Assembly: GCA_964364285.1 (NCBI GenBank)
Contig: CAYIKZ010000001.1
Location: 17,237 to 81,236 of the forward strand
Reading direction: 5' to 3'
From: an uncultured Candidatus Saccharibacteria bacterium
GTDB taxonomy: Bacteria; Patescibacteriota; Doudnabacteria; UBA920; VMFF01
DNA: 64,000 nucleotides
Part shown: in pieces, positions 9,077 to 19,306 of the stretch
Numbering within the stretch: position 1 is the stretch's first letter
How the letters are laid out: each line of letters starts with the position of its first letter
Position numbers and translations under genes: made by a program
Notes under the pieces: generated by a model
What the model was told of the DNA's origin: nothing
What the model saw: the letters and a program-made list of their open reading frames with translations, nothing else
The model's database searches: none

Positions 9077-9105
9077 TTGACAAAAAGGGGCAAATTTGTT
9101 AATAT
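9077..9105 (+). promoter_or_regulatory. sigma70-type promoter for tuf
   Basis: TTGACA-17 bp-TAATAT, followed by a structured leader of about 100 nt (hairpin GAGCT-GTAA-AGCTC). Confidence 0.6.
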
Positions 9106-9206
9106 CTTTACGCGTTATACATAATGCGTAATTTTATTTCCCCATAAAAATAATTAATTGTAATGCCCTGGAGAGCTGTAAAGCTCGGGCAGTAAAGGAA
9201 AGCACA

Positions 9207-10397
9207 ATGGCAGAAGGAAAGTTTGAACGTAATAAGGTGCACGTCAACGTCGGAACCATTGGTCACGTCGACCACGGTAAGACTACTTTGACTGCAGCTA
9301 TTACTACAGTTCTTGCCAAATCAGGCAAGGCTAAAGCTCGTGCATATGACAGCATTGATAATGCTCCAGAAGAAAAGGCACGCGGTATTACTATTAACAC
9401 CTCTCACGCAGAATACGAGTCTGACAAGAGACACTATGCTCACGTTGACTGTCCAGGTCACGCAGACTACGTAAAGAACATGATCACTGGTGCTGCTCAA
9501 ATGGACGGCGCTATCTTGGTTGTTTCTGCAACTGATGGTCCAATGCCTCAGACAAGAGAGCACATCTTGCTCGCATACCAGGTTGGTGTGCCACACATCG
9601 TTGTTTACATGAACAAGTGTGATATGGTTCAAGACAAGGAACTTTTGGATTTGGTTGAAGAAGAAATCCGTGATTTGTTGACTAAGTATCACTATGATGG
9701 AAAGAACACTCCAATCATCCGTGGTTCTGCTTTGAAAGCCTTGGAAGGTGACACCTCAGAAATGGGTGAGCCATCCATCGTAAAGCTTATTGAAGCCTTG
9801 GATACATTTATCCCAGACCCAGTCAGACAAACAGACAAGCCGTTCTTAATGCCTATTGAAGACATCTTCTCAATTGAAGGCCGCGGAACAGTTGTTACCG
9901 GTAGAATTGAGAGAGGTATGGTCAAAATTGGTGAAGAAATCGAAATCATCGGTATTCGCCCAACAAGCAAAACCACAGTTACTGGTATTGAAATGTTCAA
10001 CAAACAGTTGGACGAAGGTCAAGCTGGTGACAACGCAGGTATTTTGCTTCGTGGTACTAAGAAAGATGAAGTTGAACGTGGACAGGTTTTGGCAAAGCCA
10101 GGATCTGTTACTCCACACTCAGAGTTTGAAGGTGAAGTATACATTTTAACCAAAGAAGAAGGTGGTAGACATACCCCATTCTTCAAGGGTTACAAACCAC
10201 AGTTCTACATCAGAACAACTGACGTTACTGGTGAAGTTATTTTGCCAGAAGGTCAGGAAATGGTAATGCCTGGTGATACAGTTAAGATCAATGTTAAATT
10301 GATTACCCCTGTTGCTTTGGAAGATAAGCTCCGCTTCGCTATTCGCGAAGGTGGCCACACAGTTGGTGCAGGTGTAGTAACAAAGATCACTAAGTAA
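9207..10397 (+). CDS. tuf: elongation factor Tu
   Basis: [22 protein letters not shown] motifs. 396 aa. Confidence 0.97.
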   Translation: MAEGKFERNKVHVNVGTIGHVDHGKTTLTAAITTVLAKSGKAKARAYDSIDNAPEEKARGITINTSHAEYESDKRHYAHVDCPGHADYVKNMITGAAQMDGAILVVSATDGPMPQTREHILLAYQVGVPHIVVYMNKCDMVQDKELLDLVEEEIRDLLTKYHYDGKNTPIIRGSALKALEGDTSEMGEPSIVKLIEALDTFIPDPVRQTDKPFLMPIEDIFSIEGRGTVVTGRIERGMVKIGEEIEIIGIRPTSKTTVTGIEMFNKQLDEGQAGDNAGILLRGTKKDEVERGQVLAKPGSVTPHSEFEGEVYILTKEEGGRHTPFFKGYKPQFYIRTTDVTGEVILPEGQEMVMPGDTVKINVKLITPVALEDKLRFAIREGGHTVGAGVVTKITK

Positions 10398-10410
10398 TCT
10401 ATGTAATTTA

Positions 10411-10441
10411 AAGAGACCCCTTGTTTTAGGGGGTCTCTTTT
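10411..10441 (+). terminator. rho-independent terminator after tuf
   Basis: AAGAGACCCC-loop-GGGGTCTCTT plus a T-run. Confidence 0.7.
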
Positions 10442-10448
10442 AAACTCT

Positions 10449-10784
10449 ATGAACAGAGAGCATCAAACAAATTTCGAAAAAGAGCTTAATACTATGCCAG
10501 CATTGAATGCTGAGCTAACAGAGAGCGATGCAATAAACGATGCAATTGCTAATTGGGAGAAAGATAACAAAAACGAAGAATTAGCCCATGCCATTGATGT
10601 TTTGGTAGATACAGGCGCTTCCTGTGTAATGCTGAATTCGTATTTGGAGAACAAAATGAAAGATGATGATTCAGCAAGGTTTAAGTATGTAGAATTCATG
10701 GGTTTACCCTTCTTAGAGCTCATTTTAGACGAAAACAAGCAGATTGTTGGGGTTAGAAGAAAAGCCCCAAAAATTGTTTCTTAG
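10449..10784 (+). CDS. hypothetical protein (111 aa)
   Basis: ORF of host-like composition between the tuf terminator and the S10 promoter. No recognisable motif. Confidence 0.3.
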   Translation: MNREHQTNFEKELNTMPALNAELTESDAINDAIANWEKDNKNEELAHAIDVLVDTGASCVMLNSYLENKMKDDDSARFKYVEFMGLPFLELILDENKQIVGVRRKAPKIVS

Positions 10785-10801
10785 GGTATTTTCTGACCTC
10801 T

Positions 10802-10830
10802 TTGACAAAAGCAAGGCTTTAGTTTAAAAT
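10802..10830 (+). promoter_or_regulatory. sigma70-type promoter of the S10 operon
   Basis: TTGACA-17 bp-TAAAAT upstream of rpsJ. Confidence 0.55.
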
Positions 10831-10875
10831 AAGCAAGTAATTAATCAACTAATCCCGCAACTTAACACAGCAAAA

Positions 10876-11193
10876 ATGGACGCTTCTAAAAGCAAGATCA
10901 GAATAAAGATCAAAGCATACGACCACAAATTGATTGATCAGTCTGCAAAACAGATTGTAGACACCGCAAAGAGAAGCGGAGCAACTATCACCGGTCCTAT
11001 TCCTTTGCCAACTGAAAAAACCAAGTACACAGTACTTCGTTCAACTTTTGTGCACAAGGATAGCCGAGAACAGTTTGAAATGCGTGTTCATAAGAGATTA
11101 ATTGACATTACAGATCCAACACCTAAAACAGTAGATTCATTAACAAATTTGAATCTTCCAGCTGGAGTAGATGTTGAGATAAAGATGAATTAG
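10876..11193 (+). CDS. rpsJ: 30S ribosomal protein S10
   Basis: [16 protein letters not shown]... is a canonical S10. Confidence 0.95.
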   Translation: MDASKSKIRIKIKAYDHKLIDQSAKQIVDTAKRSGATITGPIPLPTEKTKYTVLRSTFVHKDSREQFEMRVHKRLIDITDPTPKTVDSLTNLNLPAGVDVEIKMN

Positions 11194-11432
11194 ATTGTCG
11201 GGGCTTTAGAGCTCAAAACAAAATAGAATGAGTTGTTACAGAATAGTTCCTGGGTAAGGATAACTTCTGAACCAACAAAGTTCTAAGAGAAGATTAAAAA
11301 CTTTCCCCGCAGCTTAAAAAGCTGCATCACAACGAAAACACTTTAAAGAACCAAGACGGTTCGTTTGCCGAGAGTCAATAACTATTGATTCTTCCGGTCA
11401 AGTGGCTCGTCTTGGTTTTTTGTTTAAAAACA
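11194..11432 (+). promoter_or_regulatory. unusually long structured rpsJ-rplC spacer (candidate attenuator or autoregulatory leader)
   Basis: 240-nt gap. Hairpin GCAGCTTAAAAAGCTGC. Long-range pairing AACCAAGACG...CGTCTTGGTT followed by TTTTTTGTTT immediately before the rplC start. Confidence 0.4.
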
Positions 11433-12089
11433 ATGAAGTTCACAATAGCAAAAAAACTTAATATGTCTTCTCATTTCCTGGAATCAGGGTTAGCTATTCC
11501 CGTAACCATTTTACACGCTGGCCCTGTTATTGTTACTCAGATTAAGAGCAAAGAAAAGGATAAATACGAAGCAGTCCAGGTTGGATATGGAAAAAAGAAG
11601 AATCATTCAAAAGCATTGACCGGCCACTTTAAGGGGTTGGGCAATTTTGCTGTTTTGAAAGAGTTTAAAGTTAAAGATCTTGCTCAGTTTGAAGTTGGTA
11701 AGAAAATCGATATTGCTGATTTCCAAGTAGGCGAGATGGTCCATGTAACCGGCATTATGAAAGGCCGCGGTTTTGCTGGTGCCATAAAGAGACACGGTTT
11801 TGCTGGTATGCCTGCATCTCACGGACACGACAAGCCACGCGCTGTTGGTTCTATTGGTCAACGTTTTCCACAACACGTTCGTAAAGGTTTAAGAATGGCA
11901 GGAAGAATGGGTGGCGTTGGTGTTACTGTTAAAAACTTACAAATCGTTGATATTGATCCAAAGAGAAGCTTAATCGCTGTTAAAGGCGCTGTTCCTGGAC
12001 ACAGAAACGGTCTTGTTGAAATTGTTTCAACAGGGAAGATTAAGGATTTGGAAGTTAAGAGAACTGAAAAGAAAGAAAAGAAGAAATAG
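11433..12089 (+). CDS. rplC: 50S ribosomal protein L3
   Basis: L3 family (FKGLGNFAVLKEF..., GRGFAGAIKRHGF). Start moved to the internal ATG (MKFTIAKK) downstream of the structured spacer. Confidence 0.9.
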   Translation: MKFTIAKKLNMSSHFLESGLAIPVTILHAGPVIVTQIKSKEKDKYEAVQVGYGKKKNHSKALTGHFKGLGNFAVLKEFKVKDLAQFEVGKKIDIADFQVGEMVHVTGIMKGRGFAGAIKRHGFAGMPASHGHDKPRAVGSIGQRFPQHVRKGLRMAGRMGGVGVTVKNLQIVDIDPKRSLIAVKGAVPGHRNGLVEIVSTGKIKDLEVKRTEKKEKKK

Positions 12090-12092
12090 CAT

Positions 12093-12734
12093 ATGAAGAC
12101 TACAGTATATAACCAGAAACTAGAACAAGCAGGAGAATTGGAATTAAATCCAAAGATTTTTGAAATTACTCCTGTTGTAGAATTAATTCAGTTAGCAGTT
12201 AGAATTCAGCTTGCTAATGCCCGCCAAGGTTCTGCAAACACAAAGACTCGCGGAGAAGTTCGCGGTGGTGGAAGGAAACCATGGAAACAAAAGGGAACTG
12301 GTAATGCCAGAGCTGGATCTATTAGATCCCCAATCTGGAGACATGGTGGTATTACTTTTGGACCACGTGCAAACCGTAACCATGAATTAAAGATGAATCA
12401 GAAGCAGTGGAGAAAAGCATTGTACATGACTTTGTCTGACAAAGCTTCTGAAAACAATTTCTTAGTTTTTTCTGAATTAGAAATGAAGACCCCAAAGACT
12501 AAGGAAATGAGCGCTTGGTTAAACAAGATTTCAAAGAATATTTCAAAATCTGCAAAGAAGTTCTTAGTAGTCATTCCAAAGAATGATGAAGGAATTGTTA
12601 AATCAGCAAGAAACTTAAAGAACGTAAAGGTAATCTTTGCAAATAGCTTAAACGTTGTTGATATCATGAATTCAGACGCGGTTATTACCTCGCAAGCATC
12701 ATTACCAATAATTGAGAAGACATATTTAAAGTAA
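12093..12734 (+). CDS. rplD: 50S ribosomal protein L4
   Basis: L4 family, in operon position. Confidence 0.92.
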   Translation: MKTTVYNQKLEQAGELELNPKIFEITPVVELIQLAVRIQLANARQGSANTKTRGEVRGGGRKPWKQKGTGNARAGSIRSPIWRHGGITFGPRANRNHELKMNQKQWRKALYMTLSDKASENNFLVFSELEMKTPKTKEMSAWLNKISKNISKSAKKFLVVIPKNDEGIVKSARNLKNVKVIFANSLNVVDIMNSDAVITSQASLPIIEKTYLK

Positions 12735-12744
12735 TTTAAAAGCA

Positions 12745-13125
12745 ATGGCAATATTTGGAAAAGACAAAACTGAAAAAGAAGCAAAGAAGCCAGAAACGGC
12801 TGATTTGAAAGTGTCTGAAACCAAAGCAAAATCCAAGGAAAATACTGGTGATGCTTACAAGATTTTAGTTAAGCCTTTGGTTACAGAAAAAAGCTTCAAA
12901 GGAATGGAAAAAGGCCAGTATGTTTTTAAAGTCAACAAGAAAGCAAACAAGATTTCAGTTAGAAACGCAGTTGAAAAAGTATATGATGTTAAAGTTTTGC
13001 GCGTTAATATAATCACAGTGAAGGGTAAGATAGTAAATCGCGGAAAGATTGCGGGTAGAACATCTGATTGGAAGAAAGCAGTTGTAACATTAAAACCAGG
13101 AAACACAATTGCTCAGGCTAATTAG
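12745..13125 (+). CDS. rplW: 50S ribosomal protein L23 (with K/E-rich N-terminal extension)
   Basis: L23 core YKILVKPLVTEKS. Operon position. Confidence 0.9.
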   Translation: MAIFGKDKTEKEAKKPETADLKVSETKAKSKENTGDAYKILVKPLVTEKSFKGMEKGQYVFKVNKKANKISVRNAVEKVYDVKVLRVNIITVKGKIVNRGKIAGRTSDWKKAVVTLKPGNTIAQAN

Positions 13126-13145
13126 CCTAGAATAACTTAAGGATT

Positions 13146-13982
13146 ATGGCAGTTAAACTCTACAAACCAACTAGCAGCGGAAGAAGAATTCATTCAGTAA
13201 CTGATTACTCTGTTTTGAACAAGAGCGCAAAGACTCCAAAGAATTTGATGCTCTCAAAATCAAAGAGTGGTGGAAGAAACTTCTCCGGTAAGATTACAGT
13301 CCGTCATAGAGGTGGTGGTTTCAAGAAAATCGTTCGTATTGTTGACTACTCTCGTGCTGATAAAATGGACATACCAGCAAAGGTTTTAAGCGTTGAATAC
13401 GCACCTGGCAGATCTTCTTTCCTTTCTTTGCTTTCATACAAAGATGGAGAAAAGAGATTCATCATCACACCGCACGGCTTGAAAGTTGGTCAGACAATTA
13501 TTACTTCAGTAAAAGCAGAACCACAGTTAGGTAACAGAATGTTAATCAAGCACATTCCTGCAGGATCTTTTGTTCATGATGTTGAGCTCATTCCTGGAAA
13601 AAAGGGAGCAGTCGCAAGAAGTGCTGGCAGTTATGCAATTTTACAAACAGTTGAAGATGGTTATGCTTTACTAAAAATGCCAAGCGGAGAAATCCGTAAG
13701 GTTTCTGAAAACAGCATGGCAACAATGGGTCAGGTTTCAAACACTGATTGGATGAATGTAAGAATTGGGAAAGCAGGAAGAGTTAGATTAATGGGAAGAA
13801 GACCAACTGTCAGAGGTAAAGCAATGAACCCTGTAGACCACCCACACGGTGGAGGAGAAGGTCATAACCCAATCGGTATGAAATATCCAAAGACCCCATG
13901 GGGCAAACATGCTTTGGGTGTTAGAACCAGGGACAAGAAAAAGCCAAGCTCCAAGTTTATAGTTAAGAGAAGATACCAATAA
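13146..13982 (+). CDS. rplB: 50S ribosomal protein L2
   Basis: L2 signature ...[16 protein letters not shown]..., HPHGGGEG. Confidence 0.96.
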   Translation: MAVKLYKPTSSGRRIHSVTDYSVLNKSAKTPKNLMLSKSKSGGRNFSGKITVRHRGGGFKKIVRIVDYSRADKMDIPAKVLSVEYAPGRSSFLSLLSYKDGEKRFIITPHGLKVGQTIITSVKAEPQLGNRMLIKHIPAGSFVHDVELIPGKKGAVARSAGSYAILQTVEDGYALLKMPSGEIRKVSENSMATMGQVSNTDWMNVRIGKAGRVRLMGRRPTVRGKAMNPVDHPHGGGEGHNPIGMKYPKTPWGKHALGVRTRDKKKPSSKFIVKRRYQ

Positions 13983-13983
13983 T

Positions 13984-14316
13984 ATGTCACGTTCACTTAA
14001 AAAAGGCGCATACATAGACGAAAGAATCTTGAAAAGATTAGTAGGTGCAAAACCTGGATCTAAGTTCAAGACCTGGTCTCGTGAATCAACTATTTTCCCA
14101 GAAATGGTCGGCTTTACTTTTGAAGTACATAACGGAAAAACCCATTTACCAGTCTTTGTTACAGAAAACATGGTAGGACACAAACTCGGTGAGTTTTCTC
14201 CAACACGTAAGTTCTTCAGACATGGTGGTAAGATGGCAAAAGAACAGGAAGCAGCAGCAGCTCAAGTAGAAAAAGCAAAGATGCAAGAAGTAAAAGAACC
14301 AGAGAAAAAGAAATAA
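13984..14316 (+). CDS. rpsS: 30S ribosomal protein S19 (C-terminal K/E-rich extension)
   Basis: [13 protein letters not shown]... is a canonical S19. Confidence 0.93.
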   Translation: MSRSLKKGAYIDERILKRLVGAKPGSKFKTWSRESTIFPEMVGFTFEVHNGKTHLPVFVTENMVGHKLGEFSPTRKFFRHGGKMAKEQEAAAAQVEKAKMQEVKEPEKKK

Positions 14317-14332
14317 CTGATATTCAATATAT

Positions 14333-14911
14333 ATGGCAAAGAAGACTACAGAAAAAAAGAACATTGTTAAAACAGCTGAAGCACATGCTCGTTTTGTAAG
14401 AATTAGTCCACGCAAAGCGCGCTTGGTTACTAACCTTGTAAAAAACATGTATGCTTTGGATGCTTTAGTTCAGCTTCGTTTTGTAAGCAAGAAGGCTTCT
14501 GCAGTCATTGCCGATGTCATTAAGTCAGCAATTTCAAACGGTGCTAACAACTTTAACTTAAAAAAAGAAAGTTTGTATATTAAAACCATTACAGTAGATG
14601 GCGGACCAAAGTTAAAGCGTTATATGCCAAGAGCACAAGGACGCGCATCTGAATTAAGAAAACCTTTCAGCCATATTAATGTTCTTTTAGAAGAAAGAGA
14701 TGGTAAAGCAAAACACACTATTGCAGGACTCGGATTTGAAAAGAAAGTAAAAGCTGAAAAACCAACAGAAGCAAAAACTTCTAAAGAAGAACTATCAGAA
14801 GAGGCTAACAAGCCAGTAGTTCGTAATCAAGTTGATAAAGGGGAACAGGATATTAAGAAGAGCACTGTTACCCAAAAGCGCAGACTATTTAATAGAAAGA
14901 GCGGAGTTTAA
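14333..14911 (+). CDS. rplV: 50S ribosomal protein L22 (long C-terminal extension)
   Basis: L22 core ...ARFVRISPRKARLV.... About 80-aa extension. Confidence 0.9.
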   Translation: MAKKTTEKKNIVKTAEAHARFVRISPRKARLVTNLVKNMYALDALVQLRFVSKKASAVIADVIKSAISNGANNFNLKKESLYIKTITVDGGPKLKRYMPRAQGRASELRKPFSHINVLLEERDGKAKHTIAGLGFEKKVKAEKPTEAKTSKEELSEEANKPVVRNQVDKGEQDIKKSTVTQKRRLFNRKSGV

Positions 14912-14921
14912 TTAGAAATAT

Positions 14922-15614
14922 ATGGGACATAAAATTTCTCCAACAAGCTTTAGAATGAACATTACTGAGACTTGGAAGTCCAGATGGTTTTCCAAGACTC
15001 ACTTTGCGCAAACCTTGCGTGAAGATGTTCGGATTCGTGAATACTTAAATAATCTGTTGAAAAAAGCAGGCTTAGTTAGAATTGATATTGAGCGTTTAAA
15101 CGACGGAGGAGTTACAGTAATCATCAAATCTACAAAGCCAGGCATGATAATCGGTAAAGGCGGTAATGGTATTGAAGATTTAAAGAAGAAGCTCAAAGCA
15201 AAGATCGGCTTAAAGAAAGACGTTAAAGTAAACATTGAAGAGGTAAGAGACATCAACCTTCAAGCAGCTGTCATTGCTCAAAACATCGCAGATTCTTTAG
15301 AAAAGCGTGTCTCTTACAGAAGATTAATGAAGCAATCAATTGAACAGATCATGAATGCAGGAGCAAAGGGTGTTAAGATTGCAACTGGCGGACGCTTGGG
15401 TGGAGCTGAAATTGCTCGAACAGAATGGCTCTCTCAAGGAAAACTTCCTTTACATACTCTTAGGGCTAATATTGATTTTGCAAAAGCAACAGCATTTACA
15501 ACTTACGGAACAATTGGTGTGAAAGTTTGGATTAACAAAGGTGAAGTTTTTGAGAAAGTAAACACAGCAGAAGCACCAAGACCAGCATTTAGACCAAAGA
15601 GAGAAGTAAAGTAA
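14922..15614 (+). CDS. rpsC: 30S ribosomal protein S3
   Basis: KH and S3-C domains. [10 protein letters not shown] is an S3 start. Confidence 0.95.
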   Translation: MGHKISPTSFRMNITETWKSRWFSKTHFAQTLREDVRIREYLNNLLKKAGLVRIDIERLNDGGVTVIIKSTKPGMIIGKGGNGIEDLKKKLKAKIGLKKDVKVNIEEVRDINLQAAVIAQNIADSLEKRVSYRRLMKQSIEQIMNAGAKGVKIATGGRLGGAEIARTEWLSQGKLPLHTLRANIDFAKATAFTTYGTIGVKVWINKGEVFEKVNTAEAPRPAFRPKREVK

Positions 15615-15627
15615 TTTAGATAACTAT

Positions 15628-16038
15628 ATGATGATTCCTAAAAAACTTAAACACCGCAAACATCACCGCGGTCATACCAAAGGTAAAGCAATGGCAGGAA
15701 ACGAAATTGCTTTTGGCGCGTATGCTTTAAAAGCATTTGAAAACTCTTGGGTAACAGCAAGACAGATTGAAGCTGCCAGAAGAGCTATGACTAGATACAT
15801 CCAAAGAGGCGGTAAAGTTTGGATCAGGGTTTTTTCAGACAAACCAGTTACAGTACACGGTAATGAATCTCCAATGGGTGGAGGAAAAGGTGCAGTTGAC
15901 CATTTTGTAGCAGTTGTAAAACGCGGAAAGATTTTGTTTGAGATGGATGGAGTTCCTTTAGAACTTGCAAAAGAAGCTATGCGATTGGCATCATACAAAC
16001 TGCCTATAAAGACTAAGTTCATAACTAAGAATGACTAA
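15628..16038 (+). CDS. rplP: 50S ribosomal protein L16
   Basis: [14 protein letters not shown] is the L16 signature. Confidence 0.95.
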   Translation: MMIPKKLKHRKHHRGHTKGKAMAGNEIAFGAYALKAFENSWVTARQIEAARRAMTRYIQRGGKVWIRVFSDKPVTVHGNESPMGGGKGAVDHFVAVVKRGKILFEMDGVPLELAKEAMRLASYKLPIKTKFITKND

Positions 16039-16237
16039 TATGGATATCAAAGAATTAAAAGTAAAGAATGACGAGGAGTTGCGCAAAGACCTTTCAGCAC
16101 TTCAGGAACAAAGCAGAGAAATGCGCTTCAAGCTTAATTCAGGTGAATTAAAGAATCACAGCGAGCTTTCTAAAGTTAAGAAAACTATCGCAAGAATTCT
16201 AACAGTATTAACACAACGTTCTAAGCAATCTAAGTAA
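16031..16237 (+). CDS. rpmC: 50S ribosomal protein L29
   Basis: Small helical protein overlapping the rplP stop by 8 nt, in the conserved position. Confidence 0.85.
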   Translation: MTNMDIKELKVKNDEELRKDLSALQEQSREMRFKLNSGELKNHSELSKVKKTIARILTVLTQRSKQSK

Positions 16238-16246
16238 TTTAAATAT

Positions 16247-16489
16247 ATGGATCAAGTAAAAAGAACAAAAATTGGAACAGTGACTTCAGACAAGATGGAT
16301 AAGACCGTTGTTGTTAAAGTTGACTCTTTGAAGCGCCACCCAAAATATAAGAAGAGCTACAAAGTTTCAAGCAAGTTCAAAGCACACTCAGAGAACAATG
16401 AATACCATATTGGCGACAAGGTTGAAATTGAAGAAACAAAGCCAATGTCTAAAGACAAGCATTTTAAAGTAATTAGAAAGATTAGCTAA
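16247..16489 (+). CDS. rpsQ: 30S ribosomal protein S17
   Basis: [18 protein letters not shown] is an S17 OB-fold signature. Confidence 0.92.
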   Translation: MDQVKRTKIGTVTSDKMDKTVVVKVDSLKRHPKYKKSYKVSSKFKAHSENNEYHIGDKVEIEETKPMSKDKHFKVIRKIS

Positions 16490-16493
16490 TAAT

Positions 16494-16865
16494 ATGTTAC
16501 AAGTAAGATCATGGATAAAAATTGCGGATAACACAGGAGCAAAGATAGTTGCAGTGTTTTCAGTCAATGGCAAAAATGCTAGCCGCTATGCTCGCATAGG
16601 TGATATTATTGTTGGTTCTGTAAAAGAATCAGCTCCAAAAGGTCAAGTTAAGAAAGGCGACAAAGTCTACGCAGTTATTGTCCGTACCAGAAAAGAAGTT
16701 CGCAGAAAAGATGGATCTTACATTCGTTTTGATGACAATGCCGGTGTTTTGGTAAGCAAAGATTCAGTTGAGCCAAAAGGCACACGTATCTTTGGACCAA
16801 TTCCAAGAGAATTGAGAGATAAAGGGTTTTCTAAAATTATCAGCTTAGCACCAGAGGTAATCTAA
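16494..16865 (+). CDS. rplN: 50S ribosomal protein L14
   Basis: [17 protein letters not shown] is a canonical L14. Confidence 0.96.
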   Translation: MLQVRSWIKIADNTGAKIVAVFSVNGKNASRYARIGDIIVGSVKESAPKGQVKKGDKVYAVIVRTRKEVRRKDGSYIRFDDNAGVLVSKDSVEPKGTRIFGPIPRELRDKGFSKIISLAPEVI

Positions 16866-16866
16866 T

Positions 16867-17193
16867 ATGTTTACAGTCATAAAGAACACAAATTTAAAGA
16901 AAGGCGATAATGTTGCGGTTTTAGTCGGAAAAGATAAAGGCAAAACAGGCAAAGTCATTTCTGTTGATAGAAAAACCATGAGAGTAACGGTTGAAGCTAT
17001 TAACATGCACACAAGATTTGAAAAGAAACACACTGGTAAGCCTGGTCAGAAGATTATTTTTCCAGCACCAATGTCACCTTCTAAGTTAATATTGGTATGT
17101 CCAAACTGTGCTAAAGGAACAAGAATTGGCCATCAGATTTTAGAAGATGGTAAGAAGCAGAGAATCTGCAAGAAATGCAAGAAAGCAATTTAA
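16867..17193 (+). CDS. rplX: 50S ribosomal protein L24 carrying a C-terminal C4 zinc-ribbon
   Basis: KOW motif GDNVAVLVGKDKGKTGKV. C-terminus CPNC...CKKC. Confidence 0.9.
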   Translation: MFTVIKNTNLKKGDNVAVLVGKDKGKTGKVISVDRKTMRVTVEAINMHTRFEKKHTGKPGQKIIFPAPMSPSKLILVCPNCAKGTRIGHQILEDGKKQRICKKCKKAI

Positions 17194-17207
17194 GCTAAAG
17201 AATATAT

Positions 17208-17756
17208 ATGAATAGACTTAAGGAAAAATATAATAAGCAGATACGAAAAGAATTGCAGACCAAACTCGGCCTGAAAAATGTTTTAGCAGTGCCTCAGGTA
17301 AAAAAGGTTGTTGTTAATGCAGGTGTTGGTAAAACTCTGAAAGATCCAAAGCTATTAGAATCAGTCATCGCAGACTTAAGAATCATCACAGGTCAGCAAC
17401 CAGTTAAAACAATGTCTCGTAAATCAATTGCTGGTTTCAAAATTAGAGAAAATCAGGTTGTCGGAGTTGCTGTAACACTAAGAGGCGAGAGAATGTATGA
17501 TTTCATAGACAAGCTGGTTAGCATTGCTTTACCACGTGTTAGAGATTTCCGTGGTTTAAACATCAATGCTTTTGATGGACGCGGTAACTACAACATTGGT
17601 ATCAAAGAACAGACAGTATTTCCAGAAATTTCAGAAGAAGGTTTAGAGCATTCCTTTGGTTTTCAGATTACGATAGCAACAGATGCAGGTGATGACATTA
17701 AAGGTCGAGAACTTTTAAAGAGCTTGGGTTTCCCATTTGCGGAACAAGAGAAATAA
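17208..17756 (+). CDS. rplE: 50S ribosomal protein L5
   Basis: L5 family, in operon position. Confidence 0.95.
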   Translation: MNRLKEKYNKQIRKELQTKLGLKNVLAVPQVKKVVVNAGVGKTLKDPKLLESVIADLRIITGQQPVKTMSRKSIAGFKIRENQVVGVAVTLRGERMYDFIDKLVSIALPRVRDFRGLNINAFDGRGNYNIGIKEQTVFPEISEEGLEHSFGFQITIATDAGDDIKGRELLKSLGFPFAEQEK

Positions 17757-17765
17757 TTTAAATAT

Positions 17766-17960
17766 ATGGCAAAGAAATCGTTAATTGCAAAAGCATTAAG
17801 ATCAAGAACAAAGCCAAAGTATAAATCACGTGTTGTTAGACGCTGCTGGAAATGCGGCAGAAACCGTGGATATATGAGAGACTTTGATTTGTGCAGAATT
17901 TGTTTCCGTGAACTCGCTTCAAAAGGTGAGATCCCAGGTATTGTTAAGTCTTCTTGGTAA
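17766..17960 (+). CDS. rpsN: 30S ribosomal protein S14 type Z (zinc-binding, 64 aa)
   Basis: CWKCGRNRG...CRICFRE zinc-ribbon. Short form. Confidence 0.93.
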   Translation: MAKKSLIAKALRSRTKPKYKSRVVRRCWKCGRNRGYMRDFDLCRICFRELASKGEIPGIVKSSW

Positions 17961-17975
17961 GATTAATTTAAATAT

Positions 17976-18368
17976 ATGTTTACAGACCCAATTTCAGACA
18001 TGTTAACTAGAATACGCAACGGAGCAGCTGCCCACAAGACAGACGTTTTGATGCCGTACTCAAAGTTAAAACACAACCTTGCAAACATCTTGGCACGCGA
18101 AGGGTACATCGCCGGAGTAGAAGTAATTGAAGGTTCTCTAAAGCAGCTTTCAGTAAAGATTAAGTATACTTCAAACGGAGAAGCGGTTGTTTCAAGTATT
18201 CAGCGCGTAAGCAAGCCTGGTCAAAGAATCTATGTTCCAATGGACAGAATTCCAAGAACCAACGGTGGTTTGGGAGTAACCATTCTTTCAACCTCTAAAG
18301 GTTTGATGACTGACAAAGAAGCTCGCAAGCAGAGATACGGCGGAGAAGTAATTTGCCAAATTTGGTAA
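17976..18368 (+). CDS. rpsH: 30S ribosomal protein S8
   Basis: DPISDMLTRIRNG is the S8 signature. Confidence 0.95.
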   Translation: MFTDPISDMLTRIRNGAAAHKTDVLMPYSKLKHNLANILAREGYIAGVEVIEGSLKQLSVKIKYTSNGEAVVSSIQRVSKPGQRIYVPMDRIPRTNGGLGVTILSTSKGLMTDKEARKQRYGGEVICQIW

Positions 18369-18386
18369 AGGAAATATTTAACACAT

Positions 18387-18938
18387 ATGTCACGTATAGG
18401 TAAAAAACCAGTTACAATTCCAAATGGCGTCAAGGCTGAATTAAAAGATCTAACCTTGAAGATTACAGGACCAAAGGGCAACTTAACAGTTGTCATTCAT
18501 CCTAAGGTTTTGGTTTCTGTTTCAGAAAATGAAATCATAGTAGATGTAGCAAACAAAGAAAACAAACTTGAAAGATCTCTTTGGGGTCTAACTAGAGCTT
18601 TGATTGCAAACGCAGTTATGGGTGTTGTTTCAGGATTTGAAAAGAAATTGGAAATAAACGGAGTTGGTTACAGAGGAACAATTGCAGGTAAGACAATTAC
18701 CTTAGCACTAGGTTTTTCCCACCCAGTTATTGTAGAAGTTCCAGAAGTTTTAACCGCTACTATAGAAAAAAACGTCATAACTATCACAGGTATTGATAAG
18801 CAGGCGGTTGGTGAATTTGCAGCTAAAGTTAGAGCTTTGAAAAAACCAGAACCATACAAAGGCAAGGGTATCAAATACTCAGACGAAATTGTCAGAAGAA
18901 AAGCTGGTAAAGTCGTTAAAGCTGTTGGTGGTAAATAA
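18387..18938 (+). CDS. rplF: 50S ribosomal protein L6
   Basis: MSRIGKKPVTIPNGV is the L6 signature. Confidence 0.95.
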   Translation: MSRIGKKPVTIPNGVKAELKDLTLKITGPKGNLTVVIHPKVLVSVSENEIIVDVANKENKLERSLWGLTRALIANAVMGVVSGFEKKLEINGVGYRGTIAGKTITLALGFSHPVIVEVPEVLTATIEKNVITITGIDKQAVGEFAAKVRALKKPEPYKGKGIKYSDEIVRRKAGKVVKAVGGK

Positions 18939-18948
18939 TTAGAAATAT

Positions 18949-19302
18949 ATGAATAGACAAGAACTAAAAATCGCAAAAAGAGTTAGAAGACACAAGCGCG
19001 TCAGAGCAAGAATGTCTGGTGACGCAAAGAGACCACGCTTGGTTGTTTTCCGTGCAAACCAACATATCTATGCTCAGATCATTGACGATGCGAGCCAAAA
19101 GACGATTGTTGCTTCTTCCTCATTAGAACTAAAAACCAAAGGAAAGAAAGCAGACCAGTCTGCTGAAGTTGGAACTGCAATTGCAAAAAAGGCTTTAGCA
19201 AAAGATATTTCAGAAGTTGTTTTTGACCGCGGTGGATTTAAATATCACGGTAGAGTAAAAGCATTAGCAGATGCTGCAAGAGCAGCAGGATTAAAGTTTT
19301 AA
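18949..19302 (+). CDS. rplR: 50S ribosomal protein L18
   Basis: L18 family ([19 protein letters not shown]). Confidence 0.93.
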   Translation: MNRQELKIAKRVRRHKRVRARMSGDAKRPRLVVFRANQHIYAQIIDDASQKTIVASSSLELKTKGKKADQSAEVGTAIAKKALAKDISEVVFDRGGFKYHGRVKALADAARAAGLKF

Positions 19303-19306
19303 ATAT

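Noticed and set aside
11385-11432. Upstream start of the rplC ORF (MILPVKWLVLVFCLKT)
   Set aside because: It lies in the structured spacer and terminator-like hairpin. L3 homology begins at the internal Met.
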